From the NCBI RefSeq assembly GCF_000021865.1, contig NC_014034.1, positions 3,300,001 through 3,332,000 of the forward strand: a DNA stretch of 32,000 nt, written 5' to 3'. The first letter of the stretch is position 1. Every line of letters starts with the position of its first letter. The stretch is from Rhodobacter capsulatus SB 1003. GTDB taxonomy: Bacteria > Pseudomonadota > Alphaproteobacteria > Rhodobacterales > Rhodobacteraceae. The position numbers and the translations under genes were made by a program. This document shows, in pieces, positions 8,543 to 15,655 of this stretch. The notes beneath the pieces were generated by a model. It made no database searches and was not told where the DNA came from. It worked only from the letters and a program-made list of their open reading frames with translations.

Positions 8543-10159
8543 TCAGTCGTAATCCTGCCCCAGCAGCGCGCGCTGGATTTCGCGGCGCACCAGCTTGCGG
8601 ACATTCTGGGTGATCCGCTCGCCCAGGCTGCCGCGCAGCTCCTCGCGCACGAGCTGGGCCACCATGTCGCGCAGAACCGTCTCGTCGATCAGCCCGTCCT
8701 CATAGGACGGCACCAGATCTTCGGGGTAAAGCTCCGCGGCCTCGTCCAGATCCTGCGCCAGCTCCTCGCGCAGCTCCTCGTAGCTCGAGCGCATCGTGGC
8801 GGCGTCCTGCACCGTCTCCTCGGCCTCCGAGACGGCCAGACGCCGCGGCGGGGTCCGACGCGCCAGATTGAGCGTCGCCTCGGCCCAGTCCATGCCGACC
8901 CCGGGCTCTTCGGGGCCGCTGTCGCCCTGCGGTTCGGGCGCGGTCATCTCGGCCAGCACTTCCGCCGCGTGATCCTGTTGCGCCAGCTGCTCCGCCTCGG
9001 CCGCGGCCTCGATCGCCTCTTCGGCGGCATCGGCACTCCAGGCCTCGGCGCTGTCCGCAAGCGGTTCGGCGACCGGCTCGGCCGACGCGGCGAGATCCTC
9101 GGCCGGGGCCGTGACATCCTCGGCCGGGGGCTCCGCAAGCGCCTCCGGGGCGGGAGTTTCGATCGCCTGACGCACGTCGGCCTCGAAGGCGTCGGGAAGC
9201 TCGGCGCCGGCCGCTTCGGGCTCCAGCGCAAAGGGATGGCCGGTGTCCGGCTCGAAGTCGAAGCCGCTTTCGGCCACCGCGGCCTCAAGCTCGGCAATCG
9301 TGCTTTCCAGCCGCGACAGCTCGTCGCCCAGATCGATCGCCGTCCCGGCACGCGGATCGGCGGGCGTCTCGGCCAGTGCCGCATCGCCCTCGCCCGCGGC
9401 ATCGATCGCGCTCGAGGCATCTTCCAGCACGACCCCGGTTTCGGCCAAGGCCGCCTCGGCTTCGGCCAGCAGCACCTCGGCCTCGGTCATCGGACGCGAG
9501 GCGGGCACGACGGCAAAGGGACGGATGTCGGAAGGCGAGACCGCCGCGGAGGGTTGCAGCAGGAACGGCGCAGAAGCGTCGAAAGCCGGGCCGACATCGG
9601 CTTCGGCAGGGGTCTCGACGGCCAGATCGGCGGCGGTGTCGACAGCGGGTTCGACAGGGATTTCGGCAGCGGCTTCGGCGGGCACAAGCGGCGCGGCCGC
9701 CTCGGCTTCCTCGGCAAACGCAGGGTCGAGCGCGGCGGAAGGGGCGGCAAAGTCGAGGATTTCCGCCGCGACCGGCGCGGCTTCTGCCGTCTCCTCGGGG
9801 GAGGTCAGCGCCGCCTCTGCGACCTCGGCCGCGCTTTCGATGGCCGCTTCGATTTCGCTCTCCAGCTCCGCCCCGAACGCGGGCCCGAACGCGGTTTCGA
9901 TTTCGGGCGCGCTTTCGGCCGCCGCCGCGATCTCTTCCGCCTCCTCGCCGATCCGCAGCGCCGGGGTCAGCACCAGGCAATCCGCCTCGGCCGGTTGCGG
10001 CGCGGGCATGGTCTCCGGCGCAACCGCGGCGGGGGCCGCAGCGGGCGCAGGCGGGGTCACCGGCATCGGCCGCGCCGCCCCGATATCGCGCGAGACCAGA
10101 CGACGGATCGACGACAGGACGTCTTCAATTTCGATTTTCGTTTCGGGTTCGGACATCAT
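8543..10159 (-). CDS. PopZ-like (DUF2497-type) acidic protein with a greatly expanded Ala/Glu/Pro-rich linker
   Basis: The N-terminal motif IEIEDVLSSIRRLVSRD resembles the PopZ N-terminal helix (MEEILASIRRIISED, from memory). The C-terminal LRDMVAQLVREELRGSLGERITQNVRKLVRREIQRA resembles the PopZ oligomerisation domain. The middle ~450 aa are low-complexity and acidic. GGGAG lies just upstream of the tandem ATGs at 10159/10156. The ORF-track start at 10189 is unlikely. Confidence 0.6.
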   Translation of the reverse strand: MMSEPETKIEIEDVLSSIRRLVSRDIGAARPMPVTPPAPAAAPAAVAPETMPAPQPAEADCLVLTPALRIGEEAEEIAAAAESAPEIETAFGPAFGAELESEIEAAIESAAEVAEAALTSPEETAEAAPVAAEILDFAAPSAALDPAFAEEAEAAAPLVPAEAAAEIPVEPAVDTAADLAVETPAEADVGPAFDASAPFLLQPSAAVSPSDIRPFAVVPASRPMTEAEVLLAEAEAALAETGVVLEDASSAIDAAGEGDAALAETPADPRAGTAIDLGDELSRLESTIAELEAAVAESGFDFEPDTGHPFALEPEAAGAELPDAFEADVRQAIETPAPEALAEPPAEDVTAPAEDLAASAEPVAEPLADSAEAWSADAAEEAIEAAAEAEQLAQQDHAAEVLAEMTAPEPQGDSGPEEPGVGMDWAEATLNLARRTPPRRLAVSEAEETVQDAATMRSSYEELREELAQDLDEAAELYPEDLVPSYEDGLIDETVLRDMVAQLVREELRGSLGERITQNVRKLVRREIQRALLGQDYD

Positions 10160-10287
10160 GCTCCCAATCCTGCTCTCTGGCCGACACAAGGTCCGGCTGT
10201 TTGAATTAAGCAGAATTCCTCCTCCCGAGGACGCCGTCCGAGGGAAGCCGGGTCACACCCAGTCACAGCCACGCGGGGCACAAGAAC

Positions 10288-11694
10288 TCAGTTCTTGCCG
10301 ATGGCGCGCAAGACACGATCAAGAGCCTTGCCCTGATCGCTGAGAGGCGCGTTCTGCACCGCGTTGTAGTAGGCTGCGGGGTCATAGGTGGGGATCCCGA
10401 GCTTGAGGTTTTCTACCGTCAAGAGTCCCATAGCGGACAAAAGTTGATAATATGCTACCTGCAACGAGGCTTCCGCCGAAATCCGCGAAGCTTTTGCATC
10501 AAGAAGGTCCTGTTCGGCATTCAGCACGTCCAGCGTCGTCCGCGCGCCCAGCGTCGCTTCCTCGCGCACGCCCTGATAGGCCAGATCGGCGGCCTGGATC
10601 TGCTGGTCATAGGCGTTGATCTGCGCCCGGTAGACATCGATGCCGGCAAAGGCATTGGCGACGGCCTGCGCCACTTCCACCCCCGCCTGGCTCAGCCCGG
10701 CCCGGGCCTTGTCGCGGTTGGCAACCGCCTTGCGGTTGGCCGAGGCGATGGCGCCGCCGGAATAGATCGGCTGCCCGATCGACAGCGTCAGGGTGGATTT
10801 GCGCCCGGTGTCTTTCGGATCGGCCAGCTGCGCCTCTCCGGTCACCGTCGGCAGATGCTGGGCAAAGGCCAGCTCCACCCCCAGATCGGCCGCCGACACC
10901 AGATGCTGGGCCTGCTTGATGACGGGATGCAGCCGCAGCGCCGTCGCATTCGCCTCGGCGGTGGTCTTCGGCAGCTTCGGCGCTTTCGGCAGGCGCGACA
11001 GGCGTTCGGGATAATGCCCGATCACCGCCTTGTAGGCCTCGCGCGCGGCCTTGTATTCGCCCTGCGCCGCCGCCAGCGAGGCACGCGCCCCCGCCAAAGA
11101 CGCTTCCGCCTGCGACACGTCGGTCTTCGTCACTTCGCCGACATCGAACCGATCCTGCGCGGCCTTCAGCTGTTCGGAAATCACCCGCACCGAATTCTCG
11201 GTGATCGCCACCTGTTCGGCCGTGGCCTTGGCATCGGCATAGGCCTTGACGGCAGAGAGCAGCACATCCTGTTCGGTCGAGAGCAGCGCAGCCCGCGTCG
11301 CCAGAACGGTTTCCTTCTGGATATCCACCGTCAGCCGATTGCGGCCAAAGTCGAACAGCGTCCAGTCAAGCGTCAGCGCCATCGTCGCCGACAGCTCATC
11401 CCAGTGGCCGTCGCAGCTGGTCAGGAAGGTCGACGGCATGTTGCAGCGGCTGCGGGAAAACTCTGCCCCCCATTTCGCCACCGGACGCAGCGCCGAAACG
11501 GCGGTCGCCACATCCTCGTCGGCGGCGCGCAGCGTGGCGCGGTTCTGCTCCAGCAGATGCGAGACCTTGTAGGCCGAGACCAGCGCATCGGCCAGCGTCT
11601 CGGCCGAGGCGGAAAGCGACCCGGCCAGAAGGCCAAGCCCGGCGACGGTGGCCAGAAGAAGGGGTTTGAACTGTCTGCGCGTCATGCCTCGCAT
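10288..11694 (-). CDS. tolC: TolC-family outer-membrane efflux / type I secretion channel
   Basis: 468 aa. The signal peptide ends in SASA, followed by ETLADALVSAYKVSHLLEQNRATLRAADEDV, typical of alphaproteobacterial TolC. There are two repeated coiled-coil/beta-barrel halves. It sits next to pcm, as in many alphaproteobacteria. Confidence 0.9.
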   Translation of the reverse strand: MRGMTRRQFKPLLLATVAGLGLLAGSLSASAETLADALVSAYKVSHLLEQNRATLRAADEDVATAVSALRPVAKWGAEFSRSRCNMPSTFLTSCDGHWDELSATMALTLDWTLFDFGRNRLTVDIQKETVLATRAALLSTEQDVLLSAVKAYADAKATAEQVAITENSVRVISEQLKAAQDRFDVGEVTKTDVSQAEASLAGARASLAAAQGEYKAAREAYKAVIGHYPERLSRLPKAPKLPKTTAEANATALRLHPVIKQAQHLVSAADLGVELAFAQHLPTVTGEAQLADPKDTGRKSTLTLSIGQPIYSGGAIASANRKAVANRDKARAGLSQAGVEVAQAVANAFAGIDVYRAQINAYDQQIQAADLAYQGVREEATLGARTTLDVLNAEQDLLDAKASRISAEASLQVAYYQLLSAMGLLTVENLKLGIPTYDPAAYYNAVQNAPLSDQGKALDRVLRAIGKN

Positions 11695-11789
11695 CCTCTT
11701 GCTGCACCGCTGCCCGGCGGCTGTCCCGCCGTTCTACGGCGTTAACATTCATTTCCGCCGATATGAGCCCAATTCGGAGGCAAAGGCAA

Positions 11790-12440
11790 TCAGAGGACGA
11801 ATTCTTTTGCGCAGGTGAAGCCCGGAAGCACCGGTGCCGCGGCGTTGAACGCATCGCGCCAGGCCACCAGACCATCGATCTTGCGGCCGATCCGCACCGT
11901 GCCCAGGGGCCCCTGCATGAAGATCGCCGCGATCCGGCCGCCTTCCTTCAGCTGCGCCTCGATCGCCGCGGGCACCTGCTCGACGCCGCCCTCGATCACG
12001 ATCGCGTCATAGGGCCCCTCGTCGGCGACGCCCGCCTCCAGCCGCCCTTCGACGACGGTCACGCCCTCGATGTCCTGCACCGACAGATGCGCCTCGGCCG
12101 AGGCGGCCAGCGTGCCTTCCTCCAGCGCGACGACGGCTTTCGCCATCCGCGCGAGGACGGCCGAGGAATAGCCCATGCCCGCCCCGATATCGAGCACGAG
12201 ATCGCCGGGCTGGATATCGAGCGCATCGAGCATCTTGGCGAAATTGCGCGGCTCGAGCAGCCAGCGCCCCTGCCCCAGATCGAGGTTTTCGCCGACATAG
12301 GCGGCCTCGCGGCGGGCATCGGGCACATAGGCCTCGCGGGGGACGGCCAGCATCGCTTCGATGATCGGGAATTTCGTCACGTCATTGGGGCGAACCTGGG
12401 TGTCGACCATCATGGTGCGGCGGGCGGCGAAATCCGGCAT
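11790..12440 (-). CDS. pcm: Protein-L-isoaspartate O-methyltransferase
   Basis: SAM-binding motif [16 protein letters not shown] and overall Pcm-like sequence ([12 protein letters not shown]...REAYVP). Start ATG 12440 has a GGAAGAG SD. The ORF-track extension to 12548 has no support. Confidence 0.85.
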   Translation of the reverse strand: MPDFAARRTMMVDTQVRPNDVTKFPIIEAMLAVPREAYVPDARREAAYVGENLDLGQGRWLLEPRNFAKMLDALDIQPGDLVLDIGAGMGYSSAVLARMAKAVVALEEGTLAASAEAHLSVQDIEGVTVVEGRLEAGVADEGPYDAIVIEGGVEQVPAAIEAQLKEGGRIAAIFMQGPLGTVRIGRKIDGLVAWRDAFNAAAPVLPGFTCAKEFVL

Positions 12441-12579
12441 GGGGGAACTCTTCCGTCTGAGCGTTGCGTTGCGCGGTTTTGCCACAGAAGTCGCAAGGGA
12501 GCAACGGTCGGCGGCAGGCTGCGCCCGGTTTTGCATACCATGGTGCACGGAACAAGCTGCAAAGTCGGCGCAAGACCCC

Positions 12580-12608
12580 TTGCACGGGGCGGCGTGATTG
12601 GGTAGGTG
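12580..12608 (+). promoter_or_regulatory. Putative sigma70-type promoter of tRNA-Cys
   Basis: TTGCAC (12580-12585), a 17-nt spacer, then TAGGTG (12603-12608), about 16 nt upstream of the mature tRNA 5' end. The -10 element is weak. Confidence 0.3.
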
Positions 12609-12624
12609 AGAGGCACCTCACGGC

Positions 12625-12698
12625 GGCGGGTTGGCGGAGAGGTTACGCAGCGGATTGCAAATCCGTGAAGACCGGTTCGATTCCGGTACCCGCCTCCA
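12625..12698 (+). tRNA. tRNA-Cys (anticodon GCA), CCA-encoded
   Basis: Folded by hand, 74 nt. The acceptor stem is GGCGGGT/ACCCGCC with discriminator T and CCA. The D-stem is GCG/CGC. The anticodon stem is GCGGA/TCCGT with loop TTGCAAA (U33, GCA, A37). The T-arm is ACCGG-TTCGATT-CCGGT. Confidence 0.9.
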
Positions 12699-12850
12699 CG
12701 AGCCCCCGCAAAATCCTGACAACAAGCAGTAGTTCGGCGATCCATGTTTTGGCTCGCCATGCAGCCCGTCATTCCGTCTGCGCTTGGTTGCGAGAGATCG
12801 CAGCGCATCGCGGGGAAAGACTCACCCTGCGCAGCTGAGCTGGGCAAGGT

Positions 12851-12935
12851 GCCGTCTCTGTTCCGAGACGGCTTGACGATCCTGGCAGCCTTGCTTGCAG
12901 CAAGGCTTGAAGGGTGGCTTGAAAGCACCCTTCAA
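12851..12935. other. Cluster of three consecutive perfect stem-loops (candidate terminator cluster or small structured RNA)
   Basis: The hairpins are GCCGTCTC-tgttcc-GAGACGGC (12851-12872), GCCTTGCT-tgc-AGCAAGGC (12888-12906) and TTGAAGGGTG-gcttgaaag-CACCCTTCAA (12907-12935). None has a following U-tract. Confidence 0.4.
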
Positions 12936-13092
12936 GGCCCTCCGAGACGTTCACGGCGCCGCCCGCATTCCGGTGATCAGGGGGCCGCGAACATCAACAG
13001 CGCCTCGGCCAGATCAAGCGCGTCGTCGGGCCAGCAGGGGGCCGGGCGCGGATGGGCGACATCGGGCGCCGCAACCGCACGGCAGCCGAGAA

Positions 13093-13872
13093 TCATCCCC
13101 TGCCAGCGCGCAGGAAGGGCGGACCACCGATGCAGCCCGCAAAGCCGCCCCGGCCATGCACGACCGGCGCCCCGTTCGCCTGCACCAGCACGCCGCCCGC
13201 CCCGATCAGCGCCGCATGGCCCGCGGCGATGTCGTAACTGTCGAGCCCTTGGGTCAAACTGATTGCCGCGTCGACCTCGCCCACCGCGGTCAGCGCCAGC
13301 CGATAGGCAATCGAGGGGAGCGCCCGCAGCGCGGCGGGGGCGAAGCGGGCATGGTTGGCAGCGGCGAAATCGCCCGCCTGTTCGTTCAGCGCAAGGACGG
13401 TCGCGGCATCATGGCGACGCGGGGCGAGCGGCCCGACCGGCTGGCCGTTGCGTGTGAGGCGCCGCCCCTCGGCCCAAGCGATCACGTCGCCCGCATCCGC
13501 GCGCGCAGTCGGCGCATGGATCACCCCAAGCACCGGCTGCCCATGGCGCAAAAGCGCCACCGAAACCGCCGACCCCCGATGGCCGCGCAGAAAGGCCGAG
13601 GTGCCGTCCTGCGGATCGACCGCCCAGACGTCGGGATGGCCGCTCGCTTCGCGCGGCAGTTCCTCGCCGCGCCAGTCGCAGCGATGCAGCGCCAGCAACT
13701 GCGCTTTCAGAAATGCCTCGATCTCGGCATCGATTGCGGCATGGCTGCCCTGCCCCCGCGGCCCGCCGGGGCGGTGAAACTCGGTCCAGAGCATCGCCCC
13801 GGCCTGATGTACCGCGGCCAGCACGTCTTCGAGCAGATCGGCGGGGTCGGGCAGGTGGAAATCTCGGGTCAT
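13093..13872 (-). CDS. Inositol monophosphatase / CysQ-family phosphatase
   Basis: 259 aa from ATG 13872, with an AAGGAG SD. IMPase motifs are WAVDPQDGTSAFLRG and SYDIAAGHALI. The ORF-track N-terminal extension to 14409 overlaps the divergent gene and is rejected. Confidence 0.8.
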   Translation of the reverse strand: MTRDFHLPDPADLLEDVLAAVHQAGAMLWTEFHRPGGPRGQGSHAAIDAEIEAFLKAQLLALHRCDWRGEELPREASGHPDVWAVDPQDGTSAFLRGHRGSAVSVALLRHGQPVLGVIHAPTARADAGDVIAWAEGRRLTRNGQPVGPLAPRRHDAATVLALNEQAGDFAAANHARFAPAALRALPSIAYRLALTAVGEVDAAISLTQGLDSYDIAAGHAALIGAGGVLVQANGAPVVHGRGGFAGCIGGPPFLRAGRG

Positions 13873-13959
13873 CGCTGATATCTCCTTTGCTGATGGCCCT
13901 TTGTGCCAGCCAACCCGGCCCCGCCGGGGCTTTGTCGGAAAATTCCGCGTCGAGGTCTC

Positions 13960-14583
13960 ATGGACAGCCCCCTGCGCATCATCGGTTTTTACTGGACGCT
14001 TCCCGTGCCCTGGCGGGGCTTCACCCGCCTGCCCGGGGGCATCGACGAAGCCGCCGCCGCCAGCCGCTCGATCCGCTATCAGCGCGAACGGGTTTGGCGC
14101 TGGGCAAAGGACGAGGGCGGGCAGGTGGTGGCCGAGGAGGCCTTTCTGGAAACCCGCGCGGATCGCGGCACCAGCGCCATCCTGCCCGAGGTCGAACGGC
14201 TTCTGGCAAAGGCCGAGGCAATGGGCGCCACCCTGGCCGTGGTCAATTTCGCCGAGAGCTTTCACTGGCGCCCGCATGCAAGCCTTTGGGGCCGCTTGCA
14301 GGCCGCGCCGCGGGTGATGGCGCTTGACCCGGTGCCGGTGCTGATCGACGGGCAGATCTTCGACCCGGTGACGCATTTCCGCGCCTGGGGCGAGATGGCC
14401 GCGGCCCATACCGCGCTCAAACCCAAAGCCAAGGCCGAGATGGCCGCGCGCATCCGCAGGATGAAGGACACCGGCGCGAGTTACGCCGAGATTGCGAAAG
14501 CGCTGAATGCCGAAGGCGTCACCACGCCCGGCGGCAAGCCCTGGCGGGCGGACAACCTGCGCAAGCTGCTGGCGGCGCTTTGA
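13960..14583 (+). CDS. Small serine-recombinase (resolvase)-like protein with C-terminal HTH, apparently lacking the catalytic Ser motif
   Basis: 207 aa. GAGG SD lies 4 nt before ATG 13960, and codons are strongly GC3. The C-terminus GASYAEIAKALNAEGVTTPGGKPWRADNLRKLL resembles the resolvase/recombinase HTH. The N-terminal beta1 reads LRIIGFYWTLPVPW where resolvases have (I/V)GY-x-R-V-S. The fold assignment is by pattern only. Confidence 0.5.
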   Translation: MDSPLRIIGFYWTLPVPWRGFTRLPGGIDEAAAASRSIRYQRERVWRWAKDEGGQVVAEEAFLETRADRGTSAILPEVERLLAKAEAMGATLAVVNFAESFHWRPHASLWGRLQAAPRVMALDPVPVLIDGQIFDPVTHFRAWGEMAAAHTALKPKAKAEMAARIRRMKDTGASYAEIAKALNAEGVTTPGGKPWRADNLRKLLAAL

Positions 14584-14798
14584 TCAAAGGCGGCGCTGTC
14601 AGGGTCGGGAGACGCTCCATCAGGCCGAGGGAACGTCCGCCGGGCCGGGCAACAGGCGGAAAATCGCGCAGAGCTCCTCCGGAATTCGGGTATGCTCCGG
14701 GCAAGCGCGAGGCTTTTCCGGTTCCTTTCCGCACCCGAGCACAGCGCACCCCGTCTCCGGGTTCCGCCGCGGGGTGGATGTCCGATCGCCCTGCCCGG

Positions 14799-15560
14799 TC
14801 ACACCAGCCCCTCGTCCTCGATCTTCAGCACCACGCCGCAATGCTTGCAGTGCACCGCATCGGCATCATGCAGCAAGAGCCCGCAGCTGGGGCATTTGTG
14901 ACGCACCTTCAGCGGCCGGAACAGCACCTGTGCCAGCCGCAGGAACAGCGTCACCCCCACGATCATCACCACCACCGAGATCATCCGCCCCGAAGTGCCC
15001 TGCAACGTCACGTCGCCAAAGCCCGTCGTCGTCAGCGTCGTCACGGTGAAATACAGCGCATCGGCGTAATTGCCGATCTGCGGGTTGTGCCCGGCCTGCG
15101 TCGCGTGGATCAGCCCGGTCATCACGAACAGGAAGACCGCCAGATTGACCGCCGCCAGAATCACCTCTTCATGCTTGCGAAACAGCCGGAAATCCTGCCG
15201 CAGCCGCCCCAGCATCTGATAGGCATGCAACAGCCGCACCGTCCGCAGCACCCGCAGGAACCCCAGCTGCGCCCCCAGAAGCGGCGCCAGGAACGACAGC
15301 ATCGCCACCACATCGGCCCAGGTCGCCAGCCGCCGCCAAAAGGCAAGCTTGCGTTCCTCGACCGCGAAGCGCGCGGCGAAATCCAGCACGATCACCGCCC
15401 CGATCGCCACATCGGCGACCAGAATCCACGGCGTCATCGGCAGGAACGAGGTCACGATGACAAACAGGATCGTCGCCAGATCAAAGGCCAGCAGCGCATA
15501 ACGGAACCGATGCGCCCGCTTCGAGCGCCCGTGATAGAGGTTGCGCAACTCTTTCAGCAT
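14799..15560 (-). CDS. Kv-like potassium channel (S4-like helix + pore) with C-terminal zinc-ribbon
   Basis: 253 aa. The K+ selectivity filter is TTLTTTGFGDV. An Arg-repeat S4-like helix reads LRVLRTVRLLHAYQMLGRLR, and there are 5-6 predicted TM helices. The C-terminus has CPSCG-x11-HCKHCG. Confidence 0.8.
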   Translation of the reverse strand: MLKELRNLYHGRSKRAHRFRYALLAFDLATILFVIVTSFLPMTPWILVADVAIGAVIVLDFAARFAVEERKLAFWRRLATWADVVAMLSFLAPLLGAQLGFLRVLRTVRLLHAYQMLGRLRQDFRLFRKHEEVILAAVNLAVFLFVMTGLIHATQAGHNPQIGNYADALYFTVTTLTTTGFGDVTLQGTSGRMISVVVMIVGVTLFLRLAQVLFRPLKVRHKCPSCGLLLHDADAVHCKHCGVVLKIEDEGLV

Positions 15561-15655
15561 CCATCCCTCCCGGTGGGCTTTGGCGGCTCACCCCTTCCCC
15601 AAAGGCCCCGTTTCCCCTATCTAGCCACAAACTTCCCTTTCCCAAGGTGCGCGCA

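Noticed and set aside
8944-10343. Multiple long ORFs (158-411 aa) in other frames and strands inside the PopZ-like gene
   Set aside because: The repetitive GC-rich low-complexity DNA is stop-free in several frames. Only the annotated frame has recognisable N- and C-terminal modules, an SD and a terminator.
12744-13262. 172-aa plus-strand ORF downstream of tRNA-Cys
   Set aside because: It has no SD. Its 3' half overlaps the IMPase gene out of frame, and its translation is Arg/Pro/Ser/Ala-rich without motifs. The non-overlapping part is better explained by the stem-loop cluster.
13873-14409. N-terminal 179-aa extension of the IMPase-family ORF (ORF track 13093-14409)
   Set aside because: The extension overlaps the divergent recombinase-like gene, whose frame has native GC3 codon usage. 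The extension has an Arg/Gly/Pro-rich, artefact-like composition. An internal ATG at 13872 is preceded by a perfect AAGGAG SD and gives a normal-length IMPase.
12625-14800. A genomic island integrated at tRNA-Cys
   Set aside because: GC content and codon usage downstream of the tRNA stay native. There is no integrase; the recombinase-like gene lacks the catalytic motif. By eye I found no direct repeat of the tRNA 3' end (TTCGATTCCGGTACCCGCC) anywhere downstream. An old, fully ameliorated insertion cannot be excluded.
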